Positions 24,401 through 39,221 of a stretch of DNA of 64,000 nucleotides are shown piece after piece; positions within the stretch are counted from its first letter, which is position 1, and each line of letters begins with the position of its first letter. Source of the stretch: Octopus vulgaris (taxonomy: Eukaryota). The notes under the pieces are model-generated. The model made no database searches, had not been told where the DNA came from, and worked only from the letters and a program-made list of their open reading frames with translations. Location of the stretch: positions 95,604,001-95,668,000 of the forward strand of contig OX597818.1 in the NCBI GenBank assembly GCA_951406725.2, read 5' to 3'. The translations under genes and the position numbers were made by a program.

Positions 24401-27400
24401 TTTTAAAAATACCACATGACACAATAAGACACACACATATTTATATATAGACACATGCATACACACACACACATATACACATACATACACATGTGTGTAT
24501 ATATATATTCACCTGTATATGTGTATATATACACAATATCTATCTATCTCTATATATATATATATATAAAATATATACATATATACAAAACACACACATA
24601 CAATGGGTTTCTTTCAGTTTACAAAATCCACTCGCAAGGTTTTGGTTTACCCAGGGATACAGTAAAAGACATTCACCCAAGCTGCCATGCAGTGGGACAG
24701 AAACTGAAACCATATGGTTGGGAAGCAAGCTTCTTAACCACACAACCACGCCTGCACCTAAAATGACAGCACTGAAATAATAGCTGCATTAGTTATGCAG
24801 TGTAGTAACCATTGTAACATTTCCCTGACCTTTGTGGTAAATAACAAATGTTGTATCAACTTACTGTATATAAAGACTCTACTTGTAAAGACCGTTCTCT
24901 GATCTCAGCTGCCATTTTGAAAACTTGGGACTTTTCTTCTTCAAACAGTGACTTCTCTTTGTTCATTTTTTTCTGTTCTTTTTCCAACATCCTCTGTTCT
25001 GTCTCTAGAATCTCTTTCTGTTTGGCACGTTTTTCGTTTTCTTCAGAAAGGGCCTTCATTGTCACATCAAACTCAGTTTCAATCTGTAAGCAACAGCAAA
25101 AACAATCAACTATGTGTGTGTGCACACACACACAACACAAGAGGCTGATAATGAGAATATAATATTGTATTTTGTTAAAAATATGTTCACTCTATTAATG
25201 AGAGTGCCTGTTTTTTTTTGACTCATGGATTTTTATGCAACCCTCCCTCTCTCTAAGTGCATATATATATATATATATATATATGTATCATCATCATCAT
25301 CATTTAATGTCCATTTTCAATGCTGGCATGGGCTAAACAGTTTGACTTGAGGTGGTAAGCCAGAGAGTTGCACCAGCACCAGTCTGTTTTGGAATGGTTT
25401 CTGCAGCTGGACACCCTTCCTAACACCAACCACTCTAGAGAGTGTACTGGGTACCTTTAATGTGTCACCAACATGAGTGCCTTTTATGTATCACTGGCAT
25501 ACATGTCATCAGCATGGGTGTCTTTTACATAAAAATATATATATATATATATATAGGTGCAGGAGTGGCCTGTATGTATTATAGGCGCAGGAGTGGCTGT
25601 GTGGTAAGAAGCTTGCTTCCCAACCACTTGGTTCCCGGTTCAGTCCTACTGCGTGGCACCTTGGGCAAGTGTCTTCTGCTATAGCCTCGGGCTGACCAAA
25701 GCTTTGTGAGTGGATTTGGTAGACAGAAACTGAAAGAAGCTTGTCGTATATATATCTATATGTATATATATGTATGTATGTGTTTGTTGTTTGTGTCTGT
25801 CCCCCCACCAATGCTTGACAACTGATGCTGGTGTGTCTACATCCCCGTCACTTAGCAGTTCGGCAAAAAAAGAGACCGATAGAATAAGTACTAGGCTTAC
25901 AAAGAATAAGTCCTGGGGTCGATTTTATTTGACTAAAGGTGGTGCCCCAGCATGACCGCAGTCAAATGACTGAAACAAGTAAAAGAGTAAAGAGATATAT
26001 ATATATATATATAGAGAGTTTTCATCTAGAACTGGATACAAACCCACAAGGTTGGGCAACAGACTTCTTAACCACAGAGCCATATACAAGTAGATATATA
26101 AGAAAAATTTAAAGACAAAACAAGGAAATGTAGACAGTCAACATTACCACTTTACCTTGGCAGCCTTCACAATATTTTGATGTTCTCGTTCTTTCCACAA
26201 TTTCTGTGACACATCTGCTTGGATTTTCTCCTCAGCCAAAGCTCGTCGTTCCTCAACTAATTGTGTCATTAGTCTCTTCTGTTCTTCCAAAAGATCTTTC
26301 TATCATCAATAGAACAAACATATACAGAATTAGAGCCATATTTAACATCCATAACTGCAACCAACCATCACCAACGAGGAAGCTTGTATGCCAGAAATAG
26401 CAATTAAGTCTCACAAGCCACACCCAGTTGTCTTAAAAATGGAAAACACATCAGATAATGTAATCTTATATATATATATATATATATATTATGACTGAGT
26501 AAAAGATGGTCATATTTGGAGCATCTTTGATCATACATCTGTTAGTTCAGGACTGGCCTGAGGTTAGATAATAACCACCGTCCCAATCACCATTTTTCAA
26601 AATCACATCATCTTTTCATTTCCATCACTGCCACCATCATCATTATGACATTCATCTGTCCTCCAATCCACCACATCATACATAAATACATATACATCTG
26701 TACACAAGTTAGAGACATCCTAATTGAGAAATTTGATGAGAGAGAGGAGGAGCTACAGACTTGTGACATAGAGGGAATTCTTGAGGGACAGCTTGCTGAG
26801 TGCCACAGACCAAATGTGGTGGAATGATGCTGTACAGAGCCATTAGAGCAAAGAAACAGGCCTAAAAGAGTAGGGGTAGCAGAGAACAGTATCAGATAGC
26901 CAGAAGGGAAGCTAGGAGACAGGTATATCTAGCCAAAATAAAAAGTTTGCCTAGCAAAAAATAAGTTTTCCAGTATTCAGAAACATGAGCACCAAAGAAC
27001 TGAAGTGTTTTGGATTGCAAGACAATGTGCGAGAGAAAATTGTGATGTCATGGGAGAGAAATGTATCCACATGGATGATGGTGCACTTGCATCTAATGAT
27101 TTTGCAAAGAAAGAGGCTTGAAAATGCCATTATGAAAAACTGCTAAATGTAAAGAGTAAATGAGAGGAGGAAAGTCTGCCAAATGTTGACCCAATTGAGG
27201 AACCAGCTACCCGAATTGATAGTACCTTGGTAGATAAAGCAATTAAGGATGTGAAGACAAGGAAAGCTCCCAGCCCATCAGAAATCACTTCTGAGATGCT
27301 TAAAATATCTAACGGTATGGGTTATGGTCTAGTCACTCGCATTGTAAATCAGGTGGTTCATGAAGGAGTCACACCCAATGACTGGTGTAGCAGCATCATA

Positions 27401-30400
27401 GTCAACTGCTACAAAGGTAAAGGTGATGCCTTAGATAGAAATAATTATAGAGGTATCAAATTGTTGGATGAGGTGATGAAAGTTACAGAGTCATAGCCTG
27501 ACTAATTAGGGAGAGAGTTAGTCTAGATGAGATGCAGTTTGGTTTTGTGCCAGGGAGAAGCACAACTGATGCTATATTTCTGGTAAGGCAGCTGCAAGAG
27601 AAATACATAGCCAAAGATAAACCCTTTGGCAGGGTCCTCCAATCCCTTATCTGGTGGTCAATACAGAAACCAGGGATAGACAAGTGGTTGGTGAGAGCTG
27701 TACAAACCATGTACAGGGACACTATCAGTAAGGTGAGAGTTGGCAACGAGTACAGTGAAGAATTCAGGGTACGAGTAGGGGTTCACCAAGGATTGGTCCT
27801 CAGCCCCCTCTTGTTGAACATTGTCCTCCAGGCAATAACAGAGGAATTTAAGATAGGCTGCCCCTGGGGGCTCCTCTATGCTGAATACCTTGTCCTTGTA
27901 GCTGAATCACTACCACAACTAGAGAAGTTTTAGGTAAGGAAGCAAGGTCTAGAATTGAAGGGCCTTAGAGTTAACCTAGCAAAAAACAAAGTCTTAGTAA
28001 GTAAGAAGGCAGAAAAATTACAAATCTCTTCAGGTAGATGGTCCTGCTTGATCTGTGGAAAAGGCGTAGGTAGAAACTCCATAAGATACACCCAATGTAA
28101 GCTTTGGACACATAAAAGGTGCAGCAATATCAGAGGAAGGTTAAAGGGGAAAATAGCTTTTGTATGTAGAAGATGCACAAGTACAATAAACACTAAAAAT
28201 GCACAGAAAATAGACTCCATCAACTGCCAAGGGGATTAAGCTAGAGGTAGCAGATAGCTTCTGTTATCTAGGTGACCAAGTTAGTAGCAGAGGTGGATGC
28301 TCTGAGAGCATAGCTGTGAGAATAAGATTAGTCTGGGCAAAGTTCAGAGAGCATTTACCCCTGCTTGCAACAAAGGGCCTCTCTCTCAGATGGCAGTGAA
28401 ACATGAGCTGTGACAGCTGTGAAAGAAATGAAGCCAGTATGCTTCACTGGATGTGCAATGTCAGTGTGCATGTCCGTCAGAATGCAAGCATCTTGAGAAA
28501 AAAGTTGGGAATAAGAGGCATCAGATGTGGTGTGCACTGAGAGTTGACTGCACTGGTATAGTCATGTGATGCATATGGATGAGGACAGCTGTGTAAAGAA
28601 GTGCCAATCTCTAACTGTGGAGGGAACCTGTGGTAGAGGTAGACTCAGGAAGATATGGAACGAGGTAGTGAAGCATCATCTTTGAAGTTTAGGCTTCATG
28701 GAGGCAATGACTAGCAACCAAGACCTTTGGCAATGTGCTGTGCTTAAGAGGATCTGTCAAGGCAAGTGAAATCATAGTCGTGGCTGATGCTGGTATCATG
28801 TCACTGGCACTGTGCCAGTGGCACGTAAAAAACACCTTTTGAGCACTGGGCTTCACGGAGTGGCCGAGTTCCTTTCAAGTGTTTTGCCTCACAGAGGCAA
28901 CAACCGAGACATTATGTCATGCTTGAAAAGCAGACCCGTAAAGAGCACCTTATGTCATGCTTGAGAAGAAGACCTGTAAAAAGTACCTTTCGAGCGTTGG
29001 GCCTCACAAAGGCAAAGTGGCTGAGCTCTTTTCGAGTTTGGCCTCACGGAGGCAATGACCGAGACCTTTGGATTGTCAAGCTTGAGAAGAAGACCCATCA
29101 AGCCAAGCAAAACCGCAGTCATGGCAGATACTAGTGTCATGCATCCATGCCAGTGGCATGTAAAAGCACCCATTATGCTCTCGGAGTGGTTGACATTAGG
29201 AAGGGCATCCAACCATAGAAACCATGCCAAATCAGACTGGAGTCTGGTGCAGCCTTCCAGCTAGCCAACCCTGGTCAAACCATCTAACCCACAATGCCAG
29301 CATGGACAATGGACGTTAAATGATGATGATGTACACAAGTACATATATACATGCTGCTTTGTTATATTTCAGATTTGTCAAATAGTTAAAGTTCATATAT
29401 ATATTAACTATTTGACAAATCTGAAATATAACAAAGCAGCATCTTTCAAACATTATTTGGCTTTTTTACGTTCTGAGTTCATATTCTGCTGGAGTTAACT
29501 TTGACCCTTATCCATTCAGGACTAATAAGCTCAGCACTGGTGTCAATGTAATTGACTTACCATTTGCCTTTAAAATTGCTGACCTTGTGCCTAAAATTGA
29601 AACCATGGTGAGCTGGCAGAAGCATTTGCATTCTGACCAAAATGGTTAGTGGCGTTTTGTCTGTCTTTATGTTCTGAGTTCAAATTCTCTCAAGGTTGAG
29701 TTTGCCTTTGATACTTTTGAGATCAATGAAATAAATACCAGTCAAGCAATGGAGTTGATGTAATCGACTAGCTCCTTCCCCAAAATTTCAGACCTTGTGT
29801 CTATGATAGAAAAAAATTATTATTATTATTATCATCATCATAAAAGATGATGGACTATTAGACAAAATATCTTTTAGTATTTAGTTACATTAAAGAATTC
29901 AAATCCTGTCAAAGTTAATTTTGTTTCTTATTCTTCTGGGGTCAATAGAACAAGCTCCAGTCAAATCCTGGGTTTAATTTAACTAACTGTATACACTTTA
30001 TCCCAAATTTTGTGGCCTTGTGTCTATGTTAAGAACCAATATTTTCACCACATTTCACTACAATATATGTGTCTGTTGATTGACATACAACTAATTAAAA
30101 ATGTGTACTTACCCTGCATTTATCAAGACCAGCCTTCTCTCTGGCCTGCTCTTCTTCCCACAACCGTTTCTCAGCCTCAACAGATACCTGCAATGCCTGG
30201 TACTTGTTCACCTCTTGCTTCACTTTCCATTTCTCGTCCTCCAACAGCTGGGTCTGACTGTGAAGTTGACACTCCAGTCTTTCAATCAGGCCCTCCAGTC
30301 GTAGTCTCTCACGTCCATTTTCTTCCTGCTGCCTGTTCAACCTTACTTGCAACATCTTCAGCTGTTCATCACGGTTGCGCATTGACACTTCTCTCTCATC

Positions 30401-33400
30401 CAGCCCTTGACTCTGCCATCTGTCTAACTTCTGTTGAAACTGACCCAGTTCTTCAGCATTTGTATTCATTTTCTCCATCACAATATTTAGAGATCTATAA
30501 AGATAACAGTGGATAATCTGAAGCACGCGTGATGCCAGTTGATGGTAATTAGGCCTGGCCCTATGATGGTAGATAAGGTAGAAGTAAGAGACAAAGATAT
30601 GTAATAGTAGAGGCTGGTAGCTACAATAGAAGTAGATGATGGTGTTATAGACTTATAACAGAAATGGACAGTAATAAGGGTAAAAGTTGGTGAAGGTGTT
30701 TCAGACATGTGATGGTAGTAAGAGTAAAGAAAGATAAAAGTAATATGGTCGTATGGTAGTAGAATATAATATAATAGAGAAAGGTGCAAACATGTGATGA
30801 TATCTACAGTAGAGGTGATAGTGGTATGGCCTATAATGATTGTAAGAGTATAGGCAGGTGTAGGCAAAAGATGGTAGAGCATGATAAGTAAAGTAGAAGT
30901 TGGTTATGGCGTTATGGCCACATGATATTAGTGAATGGTACCTACAGCAGAGGAAATTGATCGTAGCATGGTTGTGTGATGGTAGTAGATGTAGAAGTTA
31001 TGTTGAGGTTATGTGATGAAGTATAGTTATATAATAGTTGAATAAGAGTCCAAATTTTTGAGAGAGACAAAGACAGAGGAATTCTGACAGGATTCATCAT
31101 CATCATCATTATCATCAACACTGTTTGTTTTCCATGTTGGCATGAATTGGACAGTTTGACCAGAGATGGTCAGCCAGAGAGCTGCACCAGGCTTCAGTCA
31201 TCTGTTTTGGCTTGGTTTCTACAGCTGGATGCCTTTCCTAATGCCAACCACTTTACATAGTGTACTGGGTGTCTATTATGTGACAAAGGCAATGATGTTA
31301 AAGAAATATAAGAGATTTTCATGGGCCATCTTACCTGTTTGTTGACTGGAAATTGTTAATTGCTTCCAATTCTTGAAGCTTTGCTTCCTTCACTCTGTTG
31401 ATTGTCTCAGTAAAATCTTGCCTTTCCTGCTGCAAAGTTAGACGATGGGCTTCACGTAGTTGCTGCATCTCGGCAGCTTTCCCTTCCTCAAATACTGCCA
31501 GTGCTGCATAATGACGTTGTATCAAAGCAGATTTCTCATCTTCAAGGCGACAGATTTTTTCAAGATTTTGTTTGAGGAGTTCTTCATTTTCTTTCCTCAA
31601 TCTAACCTCTCTTTCCTGCTGGGTATCCTCCATCAACTGAAATCTGGATCTGGAAAGGAATAAAAACGCTTCTAAATATCTCCAGTTGTCCTTTGGTTGA
31701 GTATGTTACATTTCTTTAACATTTTAAGAGCAAAGAGACAAAGATGGAAGGTGGAGACAGGCAGATAATAATCAGAGGGAGAACAAGAAAGACAGAAAAA
31801 CTAAGAGAGACGGGGAGACATACATATACACACAGGCAACCATCAGAGAAAGAGAGGAGAGAAGAGGAGAAAGAGAGGAGAGGAAGATGGGAAAGAGAGG
31901 AGAGGGTTGAAAGAGAAAAGAGAGGTGAGAGAAACTGAGAAAGATAAGCACATGAAAACGGGGAGAAAGAATGAAAATGAAAAAGAAAAAGAGACAGAAC
32001 ATCTAACAAGAGTGGAAAGGAGAGAGAGAGGTCAGTGTGTGTAACTCACTTATATGATTGTTCAACAGCTTTTATCTCTTCATTGCATCGTTTCTGGATA
32101 GTTTCATTTAACATAGTCAAATGTTCCTTCTCTATTTGAAGACGGTGTATCTATTGAGATACATAAACACAGAAGATAGAAGCAGACCACACTGGGGGTA
32201 CACAGAATATATATAGGAGGTTACACAGGGGTGCAGAAATATGGTACAGTGAATAGAGGTGATATTGGAAAACAGTATTTAACCCTTTATCATCATTTTT
32301 CTGTTGAAATATGGAATATATCTCTAACAACATGACTAATACTAAATAAAAGAATTTGTACAAATAAATAATCATCTTGTCTCTGAATATAATTATATAT
32401 TATAAGAACCCTGATGCATCCACTTTTTAAGACCTGTCTATTACAGGGTACAACAAGAACACCAGATTGCCTTTCGTTACCATATTTATGCTGAAATAAA
32501 ATACCTTTGTTTCAGTTTTCAAAATAACGAAGAATTTAGTAAAATAGGCAGCAAGCTGGCAAAATTGTTGGCATGCTGGATGAAATGCTTAGTGGTATTT
32601 CGCCCATCACTACGTTCTGAGTTCAAATTCCACCGAGGTCAACTTTGCCTTTCATCCTTGCGGAATTGATTAAATAAGTACCAGTTACAGACTGGGGTCA
32701 ATGTAGTCGAATAGTCTCCTCCTCCCCAAATTTCAGGCTTTGTGCCTATAGTAAAAAGGATTATTAAGCTGGTGCTTGGAATAAATGAACATGAAATTTT
32801 GAAGAAAGATTTTAATGTAGATCATTTCAAAACAGGAATTTTGAATCATAGAACAAGTAATGATCAGTGGGTTGGTGTCATAAGAGTTATGTGCCTGTTT
32901 TTCCATGCATAAACAAGTGTATCTGCATGTAGGAGTTGTATATGTAAACGCAAATATGTACTGCATGTATAATTGATTGCATGTATAATGTATAATCAAC
33001 CATGTAATATGTGTGCAAGTATAAACGTAAACACATCCCACACATGTGCATTACCTTAATCTCAGCTTCAGCTAGTGTGGCTAAGGAACCATCTAAGGGT
33101 CCCTTAGTAATGTTTGGCACAATGTGAAAACTAGGTTTTGGAGCATTTAGTTCTGTAAGAACCTGCATACTTTGTTGCTTGAAATCTTGTGAGCTATTTT
33201 GGTTATCAGCAGTTTGATAAGTACTGTAGCTGTCCCTGCGCTTAGGTCGGTCCTCTTTAGTGACATGTGGTGGTTTCTGTGAGGGTTTCACTGCTGGCTC
33301 AGCTGATGCAGATGCTGCTAACTTTGGAGATTTCACCTGTTAAAAGAAAATTAGTTATATACATATAGTCCTACCCATGCCAGCATGGAAGTTGGATGTT

Positions 33401-33830
33401 AAGCAACGATGACGATGATGAGATATACATATATATATCACTTTTAAGTTTATCTCTTCACAAATTTTCTATAGACTGAAAGTTATGACATTTTATATAC
33501 GAATACATCTATGTAAACAATGTAATTGGAGATAGAAAAAGAGGTAATGGGTGTATATGCACATTTCAGGAATTATTGCCTTTTCATCAGCACCACATCC
33601 ATTGCTTAAATACCCACTAAATTTAGCAGTGTAAAACTACTGGATAGACTAATTTACATATTAAATACATTCCTGACAAATGGTACATATATATTAATTG
33701 GAGGAAGAGACACTGTATTTTGTTAGGCAACCATAATATACAAACAAGGATATTAAAGGTTTATAAGTCAATAATGTGTCCTACTTTTGTGTTAGCAGTG
33801 TAATACAATAACTTTTAAGACTGCATATAC

Positions 33831-33865
<35 letters not shown>

Positions 33866-36800
33866 CGTACACACACACATCTATGTACACATATATACAC
33901 ACACATATGTATATACATCACCAGTCTCCAATCTTGATTTAGCTGTAGAAACTCTGCCAAATCAAGACTGGAGACTGGTGCAACCATCTGGTTTGCCAGC
34001 CCTCAGTCAAAATCGTCCAACCCATGCTAGCATGGAAAGCAGACGTTAAACGATGATGATGATGATACATATACACACACATGTATATATACATACATAC
34101 ACACACATACATACCATACACACATACGTATGTATGTATGTACATACATACATACATACATACAGGGTGCAGTGAAAATGTGTTCTAAATTACACAAAAA
34201 TGAAAATAACACTGACATCTCATTTTAACAGATATATTTACCAAAATTACATTAAAATTTCTTGAAATACTAAAGATTAAATTTATTCAATAAAATCAAC
34301 ATTGGCTTCAACCACGGCCTCCATATGACTTTAGAATCTCCTGCAACTCTTCTGGACAGTCTCCTTGTTGGTGAATGTTGCCATAATCCTTGCCTTCAGT
34401 TCATCTTTAGTGTTACAAGGAGTTTTGTTGGTCTCTTGTTCAACTGCACCCCAACACATAATAATCAAGAGGGTTGCAGTCTGGGGAGTTAGGTGGCCAG
34501 ATGTTAGGGGTGATGTGGTTGCAGAAATTGTCTGAGAGCCATGACTAGGTTCTCCTGCTTGTGTAGCATGGTGCAGAGTCCTGTTGTCACTTGATGTAAG
34601 CCTCTGTGTTAAATCTGAGGCTATGTGGGAAGATGAATGGAGGCATAACATCATCACTAGTGATCACTCCAAACACCATGATGTTGAGTGGATGTTTGAT
34701 TTTCATCACTCTTGGTACATGTTTTGGGGACATGGCAAGCCAATGGTTGTTCTGTGTGTTCACCATCTGTTTGTATTGGAGCTTCCAGCGTGAATGTCAA
34801 GCAGTACAGCATGTTGTTTCCAAATTTCTGGCAGAGTGAATTATGTCATGGTGCTGTTTTTCTCACAAACGGTGCCCAACTGACCCTACTATACTGCAGA
34901 CAGATATATTGACAGATATTAATCAAGTTTCTTCTATATCTTTGCCTTTTGGAATCTGATTCTGAAGGAATGTTTTTGTGAACTAGCATGTCTTTTAAGT
35001 CCAGATACTGTCTTACAAGTTTTGTGACATATAACACAAGTCCTAAGAGTCAGTTGGTGTCCAAGATCATTACCTACCCGGGCATTTCGATTTTCATGTG
35101 ACTTCATATGATACACATATCCTGCTTTTGATAACAGAACATGATCATATATAATAGCCCTATTAAGCTCAGAGTGCTGAATCCTCTTTTCCTCCCAGGC
35201 ATTGCAACCAGTCCTAACAGCACCTCTCCATTTGTTCCGATCTAGAACATCCTTTTCCCAATCACTTTTGTTCATATCTAGTTTCTTCAGGTTTTCCTTC
35301 ACAGTCTTTATACATGCATACATACTCACACATATATACACACACACATATATACATACATACATACATATAAACATACATATATATATATATATCAGTG
35401 GCGTGCGGTGACTTCCGGCGTTGGGCATGCAATTAATTTCATTGCCCCCCCGGCAATTTTTCAGTAAAACATTTTCGTATTCCTACGATTTACATATAAG
35501 AGATTCTGAATATGCAGAATAAACAGGGAATAAAAAATGGCTGTGCAGAGATGATCCTGAAATAAGTGTATTGTTTGTATTATTCTTTGCTCTTCGAAAC
35601 GTCAGTACTTTCCCATCCTCATTCTCCCTTAGAAAAGTCTAAAAATCATAAGTGAAATGTAATAAAGATGAAATTGGATTCTGTCAATATTTTTGCATAT
35701 TCAGAATCTCTGTTAAAGGTAGGAATCCGAAAAAAATTTTCACATAAATTCGTTTTTCAAAGGGGTGCGATTCTGCATTAGCCCCTATACCTATCAGTTG
35801 AGCTGAATGAAATGATTTAATTAAAAGAACACATTTAGTTACATTATATGGCCATGGTTTTAGATCGTTACGCTCTCGAAGACAAGTCAGGTTCTTTATC
35901 ATGCTACTTGTCAATTCCGGGAAAATTATTGACTGTTCTGAGACTTACTGAACTCCGTACATTAAAGGACTACGTCTCACGCACAAACATTGAAAATACA
36001 CACATATACATGAATACGCACACAATGAAAGACAGCGAAAATTCAACATTGTAAAAAGCCTCCCAAAACTGTTGTGGCAGAAGTCAACATCTCTGAGATT
36101 GAAAAAAGACACTTATTGAAAGTGAAACAAAACACTTATTTATGGCCGTAAATAGACTACACCCAGCAGCACAGAAAGGGAAATCTATGTAGGTAGGTTT
36201 CACGAAGAAATCAAAACATTTCTCCTGCGAAACAATACTGATGTAAGAAGGTCGAACCTTACGTTATAACAAACACTAAGCAAAACCTGTAATATATGCT
36301 CTTTAATATATATTTTTTTTAATGTTTTAAAATGTTACTTAGCTCATTTATAAATTAATTCAATTCTTCGATCTTTCTGGGCAAATATATCTATCACATT
36401 TTCATAGAAATCTTCTCTTTTCATCAATTCTTGTAATAAATCTTTTTCAATTGACATTAGTGCTAACCCAGACAGTCTTCTTTCTCCTGTCGCATTTCTT
36501 TGGTATGTTTTAATTCTACTTAATGCAGAAAAGGATCGCTCTACAGAAGCAGTGGTAGACGGAATTGTCAAAATCAACTTGCACAGATTAAAGAGTTCTG
36601 GCATAGCTTCAACAAGATCAGTGCTGTTAATGTAACTCATTAAATGACTTACACTTGGTTTTTTAAAATCTTTCATTGAATACATCACATTGAGCTCACT
36701 TTGTAATCGTATTACATCAAAAAATCTGCCATAAGTTGTTCTTAAAGAATCTAAAGAGTCCACAGGAAATTGTTTGCAATACTCATCAACTTTGTTGAAA

Positions 36801-39190
36801 TTCAAAAGTTCCATGAATTTAAACTCTTCTAAGGATGAATATCGTGCTTTTATTTGGTCAACTATCGTACTTATAATTTTGTTATAAAGCGTTCTATAAT
36901 GTCGTTGGGGATCAATAGATATATTCTTGGATCTCTGAATTCCGATTCCTGCATCGACTCCATATTTTTCCCCTAACCTATCATAAAAGACTGAAAAATT
37001 ATCAAGTTTGTTTTCGAGTACAGTTCTAGTTTTATCTATTTGCTGTTTACAATACACTATGTCATGACTTTTACTCTGGAGTATGTTAAATAAGACGTCA
37101 GTAAAAGAAAAAATGTCACTGAATACCTCTAACAAAAATAAGAAATCAGGAGCTTTTAAAGTGTGTAAGAATCCAATTGCTGAATTTATGGTGGTCTCAT
37201 CCCATGCTTCAGGATTTTCAATGATGTGTTCAAAAAGGCTGATTATGAAATTATAATTTTCCTTTGTGGTAATAATAAGACGTGAGGAGTAATTCCATCT
37301 AGTTGCTGTTGCTTTCGGAAATCTTTTTTTAACAATATTATCTAATGCATTAGTCCTTTTCGGTGATTTCGTAAAAAATGTACCGAGTCCATTTATTGTA
37401 GAAAAAAATATCTTGCATTCTTTCATAGCAGAGCATGATTGTGAAAGAACTAAATTTAGGATATGGGCACAACAATGAATAAAGATCGCACATTCATATT
37501 TCTTTCTTACTTTTGCCTGTAACCCATTTAGTTGTCCTGCCATTGTAGCGGCACCATCATATGTCTGCGCAATCAATTTGTTTCCACATTCCCACGTCTC
37601 AATGCATTTAAAAACATGTTCAGATAAAGCATTTGCAGATCGATCTGCACTAACATCACTAAAACCGATAAATCGTTCTTTCGTCACACAGTCTTCTGTA
37701 ACATAACGTAAAACTGTTGACAGTTGTGAAGATGCTGAGACATCAGATGTCTCATCAACAAGAATAGAAACAAACTTAGCTTGGTCAATTTCCTTCTGCA
37801 TCTCATTCAACATAACTTTATGAATTGCTTCGATCAAGTCATTTTGAACTCTGTTCGACAGACCAGTGAAGATAGAAGCTGTATCTAAATGACTTTCCAT
37901 TTGTTTGTCATACTTACTGATCAAATAAACGAGTTCTTTATAATTTCCCCGATTATTAGAGCCTTCAGATTCAAAATGACCCCGAAACGATAATTCCTGG
38001 AGGCCTAAAAAAATAACAACATCGATCAATCATTGCAGAATGGATCTGTTTCGTCGAACTTTCTCATTATGCTGTTGTATGCTTTGATTTTTACGTGCAT
38101 CTAATTGTAAGTCTATGCGAACATTCCCGAATATTTTAAGGTCTATCAAACATTTTATATGCCTTTGAGAACGCTCGTGCTTTAGCATAGCCATATGTAA
38201 ATTATTTAAATCATCATAGCCTTTATCATTCCAAACATTTTTTTCTAAGCCAAAAAGTAAACACGGCCAACAGAATAATTTATTAAGAGCAACACTTCCA
38301 GTTAACCATTTCTTCTTTTCATACGAATTAACCTGAAATTGTCTCGTGAATTTCTTGTTGTAGCTTCGCAAATTAGGTAAATTCGGTGTTGGTCTCCCGC
38401 GATTTATAATTAATTTTTTCCCATCGAAGTCCCTTTTAGAAAAACTAGTTCTCAAAATATCGTTTATAGCACACATTTCACTCATTTTGAAAAAGGCTGC
38501 TCTTATTTAAGGACCCACGTGGAAGCGCCGGCGTAAATTTTAAGTCAATTTCAACAAAACGGAAAAATACCCTTTGTTAAATTAATTTAAGATTAATTAG
38601 CTATTTCTGAAATAAGAAATATAATGTAGATATTTTTGCTTTCAAAACTTTCTAAAAATATGATAGTGCAAACGGATGTTTTGGATAACAAATTTCAAAC
38701 TTACATGCGAAGGCTATTCCAACATTTCAGCTGGCTAAAACAAGAATTATGGGACGGCTCTTGTTCCGGTCAAAATAGCCAGAGAGGCGTGATATGCGAT
38801 CTAAGCACAGCATGACACGCCAAACTGAATTTGTCGAATCGCTGAGAGAGAAGGGGGTGACCATTCCTCGTAGTATATCTTTTAAACAAAGAAAGAGGGA
38901 GAAGGGACAAACTATCAAAGACAGAGAGAAGGGACTCATGCTGTCTTCCCAACGCATGACAAGCGATAAATTTATCGAGTCACTAAGATAGAGAGAGAGA
39001 GAGAGAGAGAGAAGGAAGGACAAACTAATACAGACAGAGAGGGAGTGTGTATCATGCGATCTTCTAAAAGCATTTATCAAAGCAGATGTACGAAGTGGAG
39101 ACAATATTTCTAAAACAACTGGACGTATTTTCTTTGAAACAAGGAAGGCATGCAGCGCATACCTTGCATTGCTGAGAGTGCACGCCCCTG

Positions 39191-39221
<31 letters not shown>

